Below are positions 1 through 13,258 of a stretch of 64,000 nt of DNA, piece after piece. The number at the start of each line of letters is the position of its first letter. The first letter of the stretch is position 1. The notes below the pieces were generated by a model that was given only the letters and a program-made list of their open reading frames with translations, had not been told where the DNA came from and did not search any database. Made by a program: the position numbers and the translations under genes. The DNA is from Octopus sinensis (Eukaryota): contig NC_043015.1 of assembly GCF_006345805.1 (NCBI RefSeq), forward strand, positions 23,808,001-23,872,000, in the 5' to 3' direction.

Positions 1-221
1 AAGGTAAGTGGAAGAACTGGACATGAAATCGGGAATAAAAGCAATGTTAAATTTGAACGGACATCTTTATGCAGAAACGCATGTCGTTAATTCATGAGAT
101 TCAAAAGGTATTTCTTTGGCATATATTCATATATGTGTGTGTAAGAGAAATATTAGTTTTTATAATGGTAGAATTATAAAGAAATTCTAGTAAAAGTACA
201 CTTGGAGTTTTTTAGTGATTA

Positions 222-441
222 TACTCTTTTACTCTTTACTCTTTTACTTGTTTCAGTCATTTGACTGCGGCCATGCTGGAGCACCGCCTTTAGTCGAGCA
301 AATCGACCCCGGGACTTATTCTTTGTAAGCCCAGTACTTATTCTATCGGTCTCTTTTGCCGAACCGCTAAGTGACGGGGACGTAAACACACCAGCATTGG
401 TTGTCAAGCGATGTTGGGGGGACAAACACAGACACACAAAC

Positions 442-475
<34 letters not shown>

Positions 476-653
476 TATATATATATATACGACAGGTTTC
501 TTTCAGTTTCCGTCTACCAAATCCAGTCACAAGGCTTTGGTCGGCCCGGGGCTATAGCAGAAAACACTTGCCCAAGATGCCACACAGTGGGACTGAACCC
601 GGAACCATATGGTTGGTTAGCTAGCTACTTACCACACAGCCACGCCTGCGCCT
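222..653 (-). mobile_element. tRNA-derived SINE, family A (octopus CORE-like SINE), full length
   Basis: Minus strand begins AGGCGCAGGCGTGGCTGTGTGG (A box) ... GGTTCAGTCCC (B box), has a CORE-like CTTGGGCAAGTG segment and an internal (TG)/(TA) tract, and ends in a (TAAAAGAG)n tail. Near-identical copies lie at 9575-9997 and 19083-19493. Confidence 0.9.
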
Positions 654-1059
654 TCCTCACAATTATATACAATATATTATATACAATATATAATAATTTT
701 CTCATGTGCATGATTTTCTAAATTATTCAGAGATAAAGAAACGGAGAGCCACGGTTTAATTGTGTCGCGAGACGGCGACATTACTGGAACTTGGTATCGC
801 AAGATGTATATTTCTTTTTTGCACCTGAATAATTTGGAAAAGCATCGAATTATGAAACTAGTTAATTTAATTCCAATAAATATCTCCCCGAAATCTCCAA
901 ATGCTGTACCAAATTCTTCAGTTTATGTGTGTGAATATATTTGCTTGTGCTTGTGCGTGTGTGCGCGCGTGTGTGTGTGCGTCTTTGTGCGCGTGCATGT
1001 CGGTGCAATAACAGAAAGCCAATGTGAGATATGTATGAATATATATATATATATGGGGG

Positions 1060-1850
1060 GATGTAATGAGATAAAAAAAACAAGGCTGTGTAGATTTTAG
1101 AACATTTATTGCTAGAAGGTCTTACAGCTGTTTCCAGGATATTTATTGTATCCTTTCATCGGAGACGGTGTGAGAGGATGGTTAAATAATAGTTAATTTA
1201 GATACGATACAAAATAGTGAAGGAGGTGGAGGAAAGAAAATAGATACGAGATATGTAGGGATGTTGTATTTGTAGATTCATGTTTTTATGCAGAATGGTA
1301 TACATATAAGATTCCAATACCTAATAATTACAATCCAATAGTATTTAAAAATGGTCATTCCAAGTATAGAGTTTATAAGGGTTTTATTTAAAGTGACCTA
1401 AAACTAGGGAGTGTATTAGTAGGGTCAAATTGAAAACAGGAAGAGAAGAATAAATAAAGAGAAAAAAGAAGGAAAAAAGAAAAAATAAGGGAAAAAAGAA
1501 AAAATAAGGGAGAAGAAATTAAGAAGGAAATAATAAAATATTATAAAATAAAAAAAAACAGGAAGAGAGGAACAAAGGAAAGATAGAAAAAAGAAAAAAA
1601 GCAAAAAAGATATAGATAAGGGAAAGTGTACCAGTTTGTGATCAGTGGAGATAATTTGAAAGTAAGAGTGGTAAGATAAAGGGTGATTGAGAAAGGAAGG
1701 TATTAAAGTGTAAAACGATAGAAAGAATGGTGGGGTGATAAAAAGTAAAGGAATGACAAATGTGTAGTGATAGAGTCTAAGTGATGGGGAAGAGAGAGTT
1801 AGTAGTAAGGAATTAAGCATTTAGGAATTTAGATGGTTTGGCAGGTCAGT
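1060..1850 (-). repeat. PLE-associated interspersed repeat (family F6) with a pyrimidine-rich body and a 3' HHR-like motif
   Basis: Shares TTTTCAATTTGACC..ACTAATACACTCCCTA and CCGATGAA..GAAA..GTA..CCTTCTA..TACAGCCTTGTTTTTTTTATCTCATTAC with 43300-43905 (+) and 42685-42890 (-). Confidence 0.55.
1119..1166 (-). ncRNA. Type I hammerhead-like motif (CCGAUGA core variant)
   Basis: Minus strand reads GUCU CCGAUGA A AGGAUA caauaaa UAUCCU G GAAA C AGCU G UA AGAC: stem I GUCU/AGAC, 6-bp stem II, palindromic stem III ACAGCUGU, GUA site. U4C change and an A.G mismatch at the base of stem II. Confidence 0.55.
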
Positions 1851-1996
1851 GATTAGTAATATAAGAAAAATATATATGTGAAGATGTATACGTATTAGAA
1901 TTGTATATATTTATACAAATGTTTATGCATATTAATATCTACGCACACAACACTTACTCGTATGTATATGCACACATGCGCACCCATATATATATA

Positions 1997-2051
<55 letters not shown>

Positions 2052-2133
2052 GTATGTATGTATATATACATATAATAGAAATATTAAAATTACTATGTCT
2101 CTCTAAAGGAGATTACGGCAGCGTTACTGGAAA

Positions 2134-2443
2134 TTAATAGTTATCGCCATACTTATATGGCAGTCTTATAAATATAAGACTAAAGCTGTCGCTGATTAGC
2201 TCCAAGAGGCCACCGCCTCAAGCTAGCTATTTGACACACAACCTGCGTCCATTATAAACCTTCGAACAGGGGAGGTCAACCGCTTCATCCTGCCAGTCAA
2301 ACAGCTGCAGACATGTTTCAGGGTATTTGCTCTTTATCAATGCAGCGTAGTCAGACCCAGCAGGTATCGCTACTGACTGTCCCTGTTCGAAGAATATATT
2401 TACCTATGCTGCATTGATAAAGGGCAAATACCCTGAAACATGT
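2134..2443. mobile_element. Fold-back HHR element family F1 (right arm truncated)
   Basis: Homologous to 15199-15716 (GATTAGCTCCAAGAGGCCA..CCATTATAA.CCTTCGAACAGGGGAGGTCA). Contains an HHR on minus (2304-2346) and an inverted partial HHR on plus (2408-2443). Confidence 0.7.
2304..2346 (-). ncRNA. Type I hammerhead ribozyme, U3-A8 core variant
   Basis: Minus strand reads GCUGCA UUGAUAA AGAG caaaua CCCU GAAAC AU GUC UGCAGC. Stem I is a perfect 6 bp and stem III is the palindrome ACAUGU. The plus copy at 2408-2443 has a perfect AGGG/CCCU stem II. Confidence 0.75.
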
Positions 2444-2454
2444 ATATATATATA

Positions 2455-2610
2455 CACAGTTGCCCCGATGAACAGAACTGCTTGCTCGTGAAATTAACGT
2501 GCAAGTGACTGAGCACTCCACAGAAACGTGTACCCTTAATGTAGTTCTCAGGGGGATTCGGCGCGACACAGAGATTGACAAGGCTAGCCCTTCGAAATAC
2601 AGGTGCAACA
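2455..2610 (-). mobile_element. SINE family B, 3' fragment
   Basis: TGCTTGCTCGTGAAATTAACGTGCAAGTGACTGAGCACTCCACAGA..GTGTACCCTTAA matches the full copy at 30065-30389. Confidence 0.75.
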
Positions 2611-5600
2611 GAAACAAAGAGTGAGAGAAATTTGTGGTGATAGAGGACAGCAGGGATCCCCCCTACCGGAGTCTCGTGTATGGGTATATATATACCCATA
2701 CATATATATACCTATATATATGTGTATATATATATGTGTGTGTGTATATATATATAGGGTTACCCAAAAGTAACTGACAACATTTTTGTGAGACCACCCC
2801 AATGTAATTCAAGCTTCCGACGCTTGAAGCCACTTGATGCGACACTGTGGCATCAGTCTGACGACTAGTGTCTTTAACTGAGATCCTAATGCCACGTGAT
2901 GCGCCTTTGTTTTTTAATGATTCTCATGTTTAAACAGGTTTTATATATAAAATAATCAATCGAATTCTATGCAACATTTTATTTATTACATAAGATGAAA
3001 ACCCAAGTCAAATAAAGATACCCTTCAGAATATTTAAATTTCACGTTCCTAATGTGAATGATATGTTCAATGGAGGAAAAATGTATTTAGAAACGTCGAA
3101 AATATATTTTGGTAAACTAATATCAAATTTAAGTTTTCAGAGTTCAAAACGAAAATGTATTATAATTTAGTTTGGTCATAAATTGAAACATTAACAAAAA
3201 TGAAATTATATGAATTGAAACCTCCCATTTAAAAATAGATAGATTTTTTCCGAAATGGCTTTTCAAGCTAATTTTTCTGTGAAATCAATGCATTGCAAAT
3301 ATTTAGTAAATGTTGTTTGAAAATATCCAAACAGAAAATAAAAACATTATTCATTATCGTTTAATTTGGAAAACTACTTATATTATAATATATCTTTAAG
3401 GAAATATTTTCTTCTATCCATTTTATGGCGTTCACTTCTCAAGAGCCTTATTCATTTTTTATGTTAGGGAAAGAACCTATTTTAGATGAGGAATTTATAA
3501 TCCCAGGATTCATATTTTATGTTGCAAATGAGCAACGATAAAGTGATTTGACATTCAATTTACGCAGAATAAGCAAATTCTACATTAATTTATCTGCATT
3601 AATTTTTATTCATTCTTACACCCACACTCATGCATATAAACGCACATATATGTGTGTGTTTGTGTGCATTAGTATGTGCGTCTGTGTGAATGTGCAGTTA
3701 TACACAAATACGCGTATATATGTGCTTGTGTTTATACACAGACATACACGCAGACAACAACAACAATCCTGGTTAGAAAAATTGTGTTCTTTGCATATAG
3801 ATTGTGCGTTGTATAATATATTTCAAGATACAATCTCCTCCCTGGCAGTATAAGCATTTCAAACGTAACACACCTCAGGGAGGATCATTATTAATAACCT
3901 GTAACCTGCGACGCTACTATTTACCAATTACTCCCAAGAAGCAATTTCTACAAACATACTAAGAGTCGGTTCACCTATGGCATTAATGTTTCATTTCTGT
4001 CAAGGTTGGGCAAGTACTTGTTTGGGTACCATTTCTCCATCTTTCATTGGGGATAATGAGTTCATATAACCAAATTATAATCGGTTTTATGTTATGGATA
4101 GCACAATAATTCGCCTTTGGCGACGAAGATAACTTTAACCAACATTGCTGATTTGAAATAATTTACACCGAGTTACTTGAACATATGATTACATTCGTGC
4201 GAAAGAATCTGATACTCCGTAAGTTTTATCTTTAGATTTCATTTCAAGTTTCTTCTTAGTATTTGTTGCATTCGATCGCATGTGCTACTGAATTTTGTGC
4301 GCATTCTTCGGCACTCTCAATACACACACTTCGAGGTCTTTTAGGGTTCCAATAAAATTTCTCGCGTTAGTATAAAGCACCAAATATGAGACGTCAGTAT
4401 TTTGAAAGCAATTATGGAAAGCAAGACCTTGTTAGCGACAGTGAACCACAAGTTAAGTAACTTTCTAGGTCATACTTCCAGAAAGATAAACACATAAAAG
4501 GAAATGACAAGTCATGTTTTTTTTTAAATCGAAAATATTGATATTATATGCAATTTATATTGTGAAAGCCGCTTATTCCGATTATTGCTAATGCATTTAT
4601 TAAATATATTTTAATATATTTAATATTACATTGATATTTTATAGGATGTTCGACATCTTTCTACTAGGCTACTTTGTATTGCAATTTTTGCTTTGTATTC
4701 CAAAATTACTGCTTTGACTTACCTCTATAAATTAGTCAGAGAGCCTGAAGGCGATAAATGACTTAGCGACAGAAATTTAGAAATTTAGAGAAATGCATCC
4801 GAAATCGTCATTTGCGTCTGAGTCTCCATAATGATTACTGGTAAATAATCATATTTTCCTATAAAGTTTCTGTTGAAGTTATTTTAAATATGTAAAAGGA
4901 TAAAAGTAGTGGTAGATATGAAAGGATTCGTATTGACACAATCTAAACACACACACACACTCACTGAGGTGTGAGCTTGAACAGGCACATACAGACAAAC
5001 ATACGGATTCAAACACATATACACATACAGGAATAAGTAATTTAACACAAGTTAAAAATATCGATCTCGTTTCTCGCCTGTGTGAACATATTTGTATTTC
5101 TAAGTTCAGCATTCTTTAGAAGTAAACGCAATTTTCTATGTTGTTTATTCTGAAGTTGGTTTCTAAAGTATTTGGTAATCAATTCAATTCCCAATAAAGT
5201 CTTAGAGGTTTTTCGAGTGTGAGCTACTTGAAGAATCGATAGTTAAGTAGCAGTCAAACAGTTATTTTCATTATTGCAATATTTGACGTAGATATTTCAG
5301 TCTAAACACTTCACAAACGTTGTCAGATGTGATGAAGTTTCGTTTCACCCCATATATTTACATTAATACTTATATAGTGTATTTACATTGATACTTCACT
5401 TTCACAAGAGACTGTATTCAGCCTCAAAAATCTCATTAAATTTTCGTAACATTTGACACAAAGGCGTCTTTTCTGCTGCTCCTCCTGTTGTTGCATTGTT
5501 TTGCTGTTGTTCTGCAGCTTCAACTCTCAATCTTAGTTTATCCGAGTTAGTTTCGACGCCAATCCAGTTACGGTTACTTACTCTGTTTGTATTTTCTTCT

Positions 5601-6427
5601 ATCTAGACGTCAAAATCTAACATAACTTCCTTGTTGAAGATTGTAGGGACTCTGTGGACGGAGATTTGTCTGTTATATCGAGCGACTACGTTTATCTTTT
5701 GATGGGAGCATGGAAATTTTCTCTTTAGAATACATTGATGAACCTGTCCAAATAGGGTCGCTGAGTAACGAAAGCGTCCGGCATCCACTTTTTCAGTGCA
5801 TTTCCGACTTTCAAGATTATGTGGAACCGCTGTTATCATGTGTGAAAAGGATACAGTTTGAAACATTGTGTACCATTAATTTCAAACTATATCCTACCCT
5901 CCTCAAATAAAAGCAGATAGTCTTCGGCGAATTTCGTTGGCTAATGAGCGCCATTGAAATGTTTCATGACGGTGATTTACATCTCCTGTCAAGACTTCTT
6001 TACTTACGTCAAGTATCACTTGCAAAAGAAGATGGCGGTAGTGGAGGAGGTACATACACTAAGGACATTTTACGAGAGGTTTGTGAGGGGGTTGATTTTA
6101 TTCAAGTGAAATAGATCAGCATAAAAAATTATGGCTATAGCCATGTCATCAAGAATTGCAATAATGTTATTGGCCTATGATGAGTTAATGGAATTTGGTG
6201 TAGCAGTACACCAAATGTGGTTGCTCCTACATTTCAGGGTTATTCTTCTCCTATTATGCTATGTTTCTAATTATCCCTGTCTTTCACTATCTCTTCTGTT
6301 TTGTAACTTATCACCTGCTGATACATCATATTCACGCCTTATTGTTACTTGTTCGCTGTAAATCTATGTATTTTGTCTTATCAATGTCCCTAGAGTCATG
6401 GACTTTTTACTGATACCAGAATTTATT

Positions 6428-6432
<5 letters not shown>

Positions 6433-6483
<51 letters not shown>

Positions 6484-6728
6484 TCAGTAATTTTATTTTT
6501 ATAACGTGCTTTCACTTCACAACCGAGCGCAGCTCTGTGTGCCTTGGGTATGTGCTGTGATTTTTTGTGATGCTCTGTTGGTTTCTGTATTGAAAGTGTT
6601 TTGCATAGGATGTGTGCAGTGCCCAGTAGTGCAATTTTCTGTATGTTATATGTGTTTGTAAGTCCTGGTGTTTTTGTTATGTATTTGTCTGAATATTTTT
6701 TTATCATACCTAATGCACCTACTACTAT
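6433..6728 (-). mobile_element. 3' end of an R4/Dong-like (RLE-clade) non-LTR retrotransposon with a (TAA)n tail
   Basis: Minus strand encodes IVVGALGMIKKYSDKYITKTPG..IQKIALLGTAHILCKTLSI, the typical C-terminus of the restriction-like endonuclease ORF, followed by a short 3' UTR and (TAA)n at 6433-6482. Confidence 0.75.
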
Positions 6729-6729
6729 T

Positions 6730-6814
<85 letters not shown>

Positions 6815-7374
6815 TATTATTATTGAGTGAGAGAACAAGGCATGCCATCAAAGCGACACTGGGGTACAAATACATGAAGCGCAATATACCCATCTTGACG
6901 ACCCGTCTGATAAGAGTACACCAGACGCATGCATCACAACCGCATATGCGTGACATGGTGATCTCGTATCAAGTTAAACTGCGCATGACCTTCCAGGTTG
7001 AGCCCAGTTAGAATTTCCTTCAGGGTGAGTAGCCCATCCCGCTAAAAAGATCCCTGAATAAGGGTTGTTTAAGGAAGTTAAACCAAGCACCCATGTTTCC
7101 AGAGGTGAATTATTCAAACCTCAAATAATTTCTCTCGACACATGGCTATGATTCTACCGCACCACATCTGCTCGTGATCAGAGATGCACATGGCGTCAGC
7201 CACTAAGAGACATGCTCAACTGGTTAAGGTCAGACAGCTGAGAAGCAAATATGTGGTGTTCAGCAGAATATTTGTTGTAGCCTAATTTTTATTCCAACAC
7301 AAAACATGTATATGATAACATTTTCTATCATTTAAGATCAGAAACCATGAGAGCAACTGCCTGGTTTTGCATCA

Positions 7375-7700
7375 AGGTTTTTATTATTTTTTCTTTAACA
7401 CAGGGTTTGTTGGAGCTCCTGAAATTTTGCATGCGTAGCGGACTTACTACCGACTTTTCAGCTATCTAATACTTTCCTGAATTTTCTGGCCGTTCCAAAG
7501 AGGCAAAACTTTTGTAACAGTTCTACATGACACTCTATACCAATTTCCTTTATATTCCTCTTCTTGCCTTCTGATACTGTTCCCAAGGAACATTATTTTC
7601 ACTTTCTTCATTTTCCAGTGCCGGGCTATTTCGTACTAAAGAGGGTTGTATCTACGTATCTTCCTGTTATTATTATCGGGTAGACACAACTAATGACCCT
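7375..7700 (-). mobile_element. Second R4/Dong-like LINE 3' fragment (different subfamily, frameshifted)
   Basis: Reconstructed across frameshifts as YEIARHWKMKKVKI..LGTVSEGKKRNIKEIGIECHVELLQKFCLFGTARKFRKVLDS* (stop at 7458-7460), then a 3' UTR and an A/TAA-rich tail. Confidence 0.7.
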
Positions 7701-9574
7701 TTCGCATTAGTATTGTAGTTCTACCTCATCGATGTATATAGGCCTATGCAACGTTTAACCGAATTTGAACCCAAGCATGTCTGCTTCTTATGGAAGGGTC
7801 AGTCCAGGCCAGTCAGTTAGAAAAGCACACTGATGCCACCACTTTTCCGTGACGGATTCATTAATAATGTGCCGTAAGGCACTGAGGATGTTATACATGC
7901 AGAAATATATTAGCCAGCGCGTCGGTACTCCCAACGACAAAGGAAAGTGAAGTCTTTCGTGTGACGAATCTTCTCTGTTACGAATCATTCCGTAATTGAT
8001 CCCATCTCTAAAGAATGTTCATGAAAATCCCTTCGTTTATACTTTTTATAGCAAATAGCTCTTCTTACGAGTTAGTAATTTGGACTGAAAAGTTAATAGT
8101 TCAAATCCTACATAGACTTGATCTTAGTTCATTTAGTTATTGCTTTTTTAAATTTAATCTTAATAATATAATTAAAACCTACAATAATATACTAAATATA
8201 ATACAAACTTATAGAACGACCGAAAAAGTTATATCTATCATTACTGATGGTCAGCGCTACTCGCCAGGGTTAAATAAAATATTCCGGTGCACTTTTATGC
8301 ATTTCGATAATACAATATACAGCAGAATGTATTTATGTTGTCAGACGATTAATGCAAATGAGTTTATACTACAGATACAATTATTAATTATTTCTTAATT
8401 CAATAAATAATTTATCGTTATAATGAGAAAGATGAACTTCAAAACAAAACCTCTCCCTATGTTATGAATCTCATACTTACATATTTTCAATTTTACACAG
8501 TCATACAAACATGTAGACACACTTTCGATGATTATTGAACTTAGTGTAAAACTGACTAATAATATTATTAAAGTACTATTTCTTAATGAAGATATTTTAT
8601 CACTAATACAGAAATTGATTGCTTTCTCTTTTCAGTTATCAGGAATATTAAAATTGATTGTTATTGTCTTCTTGACTCTGCTGACAACGTCACAAAGTAT
8701 TTCATTTGCTATTCGGCCGTTTTATCTTTTAATACTTCCTATCATTTGATTCAGTTTTTCTAGTTTTAGGCCATAAAATATAGCGTTTTAGGTTTCCCCA
8801 TTTTACAAAACCTTTAGCACGTGGTCTAGTGAACAAGCATATGTTCTCAGTTACCTCGTGCTTTAAGTCATAGATTCGTCGATTTTCTATCGAAAGAGAC
8901 CGACGCATAATGATAGTAATTGGGACATTTCTATGTGAATATTTCTTGCCTTTTAGTTCTTGTGCATGTATTGAGAAATTCTTTCACCTTCAAACAGTAC
9001 TGATAACAATCCAGGTTAACCTCATTGGAGGAAAATTCTGAAAACCCATTCTGAATTATTTTTTTTTATTTCGGTTATGATTTCACATCTACAGTAAAAC
9101 ATGAGGATAAATTTTTCCATCTCAAAGTTTAGCCTCATTTTGACTTTTAATTATAAGAAATTTTATGCAAAGTACGAGAAAATATATTTAGTACGATATG
9201 GGCTTTAGTAATGTGTATACATTTTTGGACACACTCTGTAGAATTAGAAATTCGAATTGCATTTCTCACGTCAGGAAATATAGTCTTATTTACTATCGTG
9301 AACCATGTAGCTATATCTCACAGCACTCCAGATGGTGAGCCGAACTGTTTAGGAAAAAACGTAATAAAATGTCGTGTGAATGGAGGATGGGGGTCACCTC
9401 TCATATACTAAATAATATATTTGGGGTAAATAGCACATTAAAGCATTCTTTTAACTACTAGGACTATAACAACGGGTTCAGAATGAACGATAGACGAGGC
9501 TATCTTTCAATTCTTTTTTGTTGTTCTATTAATATCCCAAACTGCCTCACAGTACAAATAAGACTTGTAACTAG

Positions 9575-9997
9575 TTCTTTTATTCGTTTATTCTTTTACT
9601 TGTTTCAGTCATTTGACTGCGGCCATGCTGGAGCACCGCCTTTAGTCGATCAAATCGACCCCGGGACTTATTCTTTGTAAGCCCAGTACTTATTCTATCG
9701 GTCTCTTTTGCCGAACCGCTAAGTGACGGGGACATAAACACACCAGCATCGGTTGTCCAGCAATGCTAGGGGTACAAACACAGACACACAAACCTACACA
9801 CACACACACACATATATATATAATACATATACACGACGGACTTCTTTCAGTTTCCGTCTACCAAATCCACTCACAAGGCTTTAGTCGGCCCGGGGCTATA
9901 GCAGAAGACACTTGCCCAAGATGCCACGCAGTGGGACTGAACTCGGAACCATGTGGTTGGTTAGCAAGCTACTTACCACACAGCCACTCCTGCGCCT
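9575..9997 (-). mobile_element. SINE family A, full length
   Basis: High identity to 222-653, including A/B boxes and tail. Confidence 0.9.
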
Positions 9998-12956
9998 GTT
10001 CTTTATTATTATAAATCATTTTAAAGCCTTTAGTGGAAAGGACTACAACAACGCATTTTGTATGTTGTTCAGATCAACATTTGTTTGGTCGCCAATTTCC
10101 ATTGCCACTGGTAAAACGAAAGAGTCTTTACGCAGGTCTTTGAGATGCGTGAAATAGCAGTGCAACCAAATGAAGTATACTTGCGCAGCAGGGAAACATC
10201 GGATAAATCGCTTCCATTAAATGGTTTGAGGAAATTAAAACTTTTGAACAAAGTTAATCTTTTATCATTAAAATCTTTAGAAATTAATGCAATGAAGTAG
10301 TAAGTGGCTTTTAGGAATTTGGAACTGATGATGCCATTGTACATATATTGCAAAATAAAATAAAATAAATTATAAGCCTCCTCTAACTGATATTGTAACA
10401 TCTTTAAATGTTTGAATGCATAGGAAACAAACCAAGATATTACACACATGGTAAAGTGAGGGGCATTCATGTATTTGAACGTGTGACCTTTAAATCAGGG
10501 TTAACTTGAAATTTGCTTTTGTTTTTCTCTTTGAAACTGAATGCGCAACATTGTTAAACGATGACTTTTGTTTAAGAATTTTCCAGCCTTTTATGACTTT
10601 ATGTTCAGAAACTGTCTTCTGTCATTTATGATAAATGTGATTTTAATTACCAGAAATATTAATATTTATTTTTCCTTGATGATTAATTACATTCATTAAA
10701 TATATTATTACCTCGGTATTTAATTATATAAATCATAATGAGTGTATATAAGTAAATCTTTGTCAACATTTCTTTCTCTCTCCCACCTGATCTGTGCGTG
10801 TATGTGTGTTTGTATTTACTAACTTGATTGGTAAAATGAACAGTAATGAAAAATATAGAAAATGCATGTACAACCAGAAATAAAATGTCTTCGGTAAATA
10901 GCGGAGCATACCTTATCTGTACTGTAAAAATGAAAGATGAATTTATTGAGCCTGATTGAGCTGAAGGTCAGCCATGATGAAGTAAATATTTAAGTGCATC
11001 TTCCGCATGCTTCACATGCTGATTTCAAATTCTTTCGCTGTTATCTTTGATTTTCATACTTTCGAGGTCCATGTACCTTTTAATTATTATGTTTATTTTC
11101 GTTTCGAAACTGAAGAGCTGTTTTGAGGCCGAATTTTTTTAATGATGATTTGGTGAATGTTGGAACGCAATATTGTGTTTGCCCGATTCTTTTCATGATT
11201 TGTATGTAATTCCAGAACAATGCAACTGAAAACCTCCAGTGTTATTAATTGGTTGTCTGCCCTTTTAAATCATTAAATTACATTCACAAGCCAAAAAGAA
11301 AAAAAAGAATTCATGCGTAGGTTAAACAGATATTATTATACTTAATTAAAAGTGACTCGCAACTCAAAGCATGATAGGACCACCACAATCAAAAAAGAAT
11401 CAGTGGATTTCAGTTAACATTCGAAACAGTCATTTTACTTACAATGCTTGTGTGCTTGAACAAAGTTCAACTGTGCAATATTTATCAAGAATTCCTGTAT
11501 AAGCGTTACGAATGTACGTGAAGATTTATCTAAACTAAAAGCAACGAGTATTCTGACTCGAACCTAACGGTAAACTATTTATATTAACTAAAATGGCGAG
11601 AATGCCAAATGTCAGTGGGATATAATAGTTTCAGAATAGAAGTTGTTTAACGAGAAGAAGTGAAGCAATTCTTAGTAGCCGAAAGCTAAATAGAAACTGG
11701 GTCTCTGGTGCAACAGGAGTGACAATAATTTATATAATTCATAAGTCAGTCTGATATAACAGCTTTTGACTTCTTAAAAGACATTGAAACACAAGAAAAG
11801 GACATCGAATATTGTTGAATATTAGCTGCTATTTATTCAATGGGACTTCAAAGGTTGCGGGAAACGATGCATACATTCGTTAACATACACATAAAAGCAA
11901 ATACAGAGATGAATATTTATCTCTCTCTTTCTCTCTCTCTCTCCACACGCACACACACACACAAGTATCAGGTTTTCGGATCGCCTAAGAGCACACCCAT
12001 TGGTTTCCGTCCAGTTGTGAAGACAAAACGAAGACATGTGAGATACAGTGTTTTTGATATGACGGGAGGACGATAACAAGTTTAAGAAAATATAGAAAAT
12101 ATTACAAATTAAATTACGTACGAAATAACATGATATAATTTAGTGTGACGTCTTAATCAAAAGGATACGGAAAATAATTATCTTCAACGGCTGAGAGAAA
12201 CATGAAGGAAGCCAAAGTAAGAGTTTATATACTTCCTAATTTTGGTAGAAGGCCGGACGTTTTGAGGAGAGGGAACAAGTCGATTACCTGGAACCAATAA
12301 TTAACTGATGCTTCTACTTTACCGACCTCAAGAGTATGAAAAGCAAAGATGGCAGCGAAAGAATTTGAAATCAGCGTGTAAAGCATCCAGAAGATGCAAT
12401 TTTCGTGAGGCACTAACGATTCTGCTAGCTGATAGCATTACTGTAATTGATAATATTAAACGGTCAATGAAAGTATTTTGATCGGGCAAAAACGGGAGAA
12501 GATGGAACGCTGGACATGCAGGTAATCCCGCGAGCAATATAAAAAGTTAATTGTTTGAACTAAAGCCACGAAGGAAGGAAAACCAAGAGAGACACAACGG
12601 AGGACTTAAGGCGCAACTAATTTGGAAAGAAACGCGTTATGCATGAGTAAATACTTTATGAGAAAAGAGAGAGTCAACATAGGATAGAATAGCGTCAGAC
12701 AAGGAAAGGGAGATGAGACATAGAAAGAAGCAAGGAAGAGACAGTTTGCTTAAGAGAGAGGAAAAGTTTAAAACAGGGGAAAAATAGGAAAGAAGCATAA
12801 TATTTCACACAAAGGGAAAGACAAGATCACATATATTAGTGACGTTGTATGTATGTGTGTGTATGTGTAGATAGATAGAAACAGAGATAGAGAGATTGAG
12901 AGAAATAAATGAGGAAAAAATATATATATGTATGTATATATAAATATATATATATG

Positions 12957-13007
<51 letters not shown>

Positions 13008-13027
13008 TAATATATATATATATATAT

Positions 13028-13065
<38 letters not shown>

Positions 13066-13205
13066 GTATGTGTGTGAGAGAAGAAATAAAACTAGTTCCC
13101 GTAGCGAATCTATGACATAGCAACTGATTACGCTACTGACACACACAAACAAGAATACGTACTTATTTGTATTAAGACATCAAACCTGTCCGCCACACAC
13201 ACACA

Positions 13206-13258
<53 letters not shown>

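Noticed and set aside
5460-6110. Coding-looking frames on both strands (MEIFSLEY.. plus; SNRNWIG..LRKFNEIFE minus)
   Set aside because: Stops in every frame and no recognisable domain or consistent splice sites; possibly an old TE fossil.
6825-7375. GC-richer segment containing CTGATAA, probably an interspersed repeat
   Set aside because: Only one copy in the window, no HHR stems or GAAA, and no recognisable protein, so it cannot be classified from this sequence alone.
10993-12402. ~80-bp inverted similarity between 10993-11072 and 12322-12402
   Set aside because: Short and diverged, and homology does not extend outward; more likely two fragments of a dispersed repeat than the TIRs of one element.
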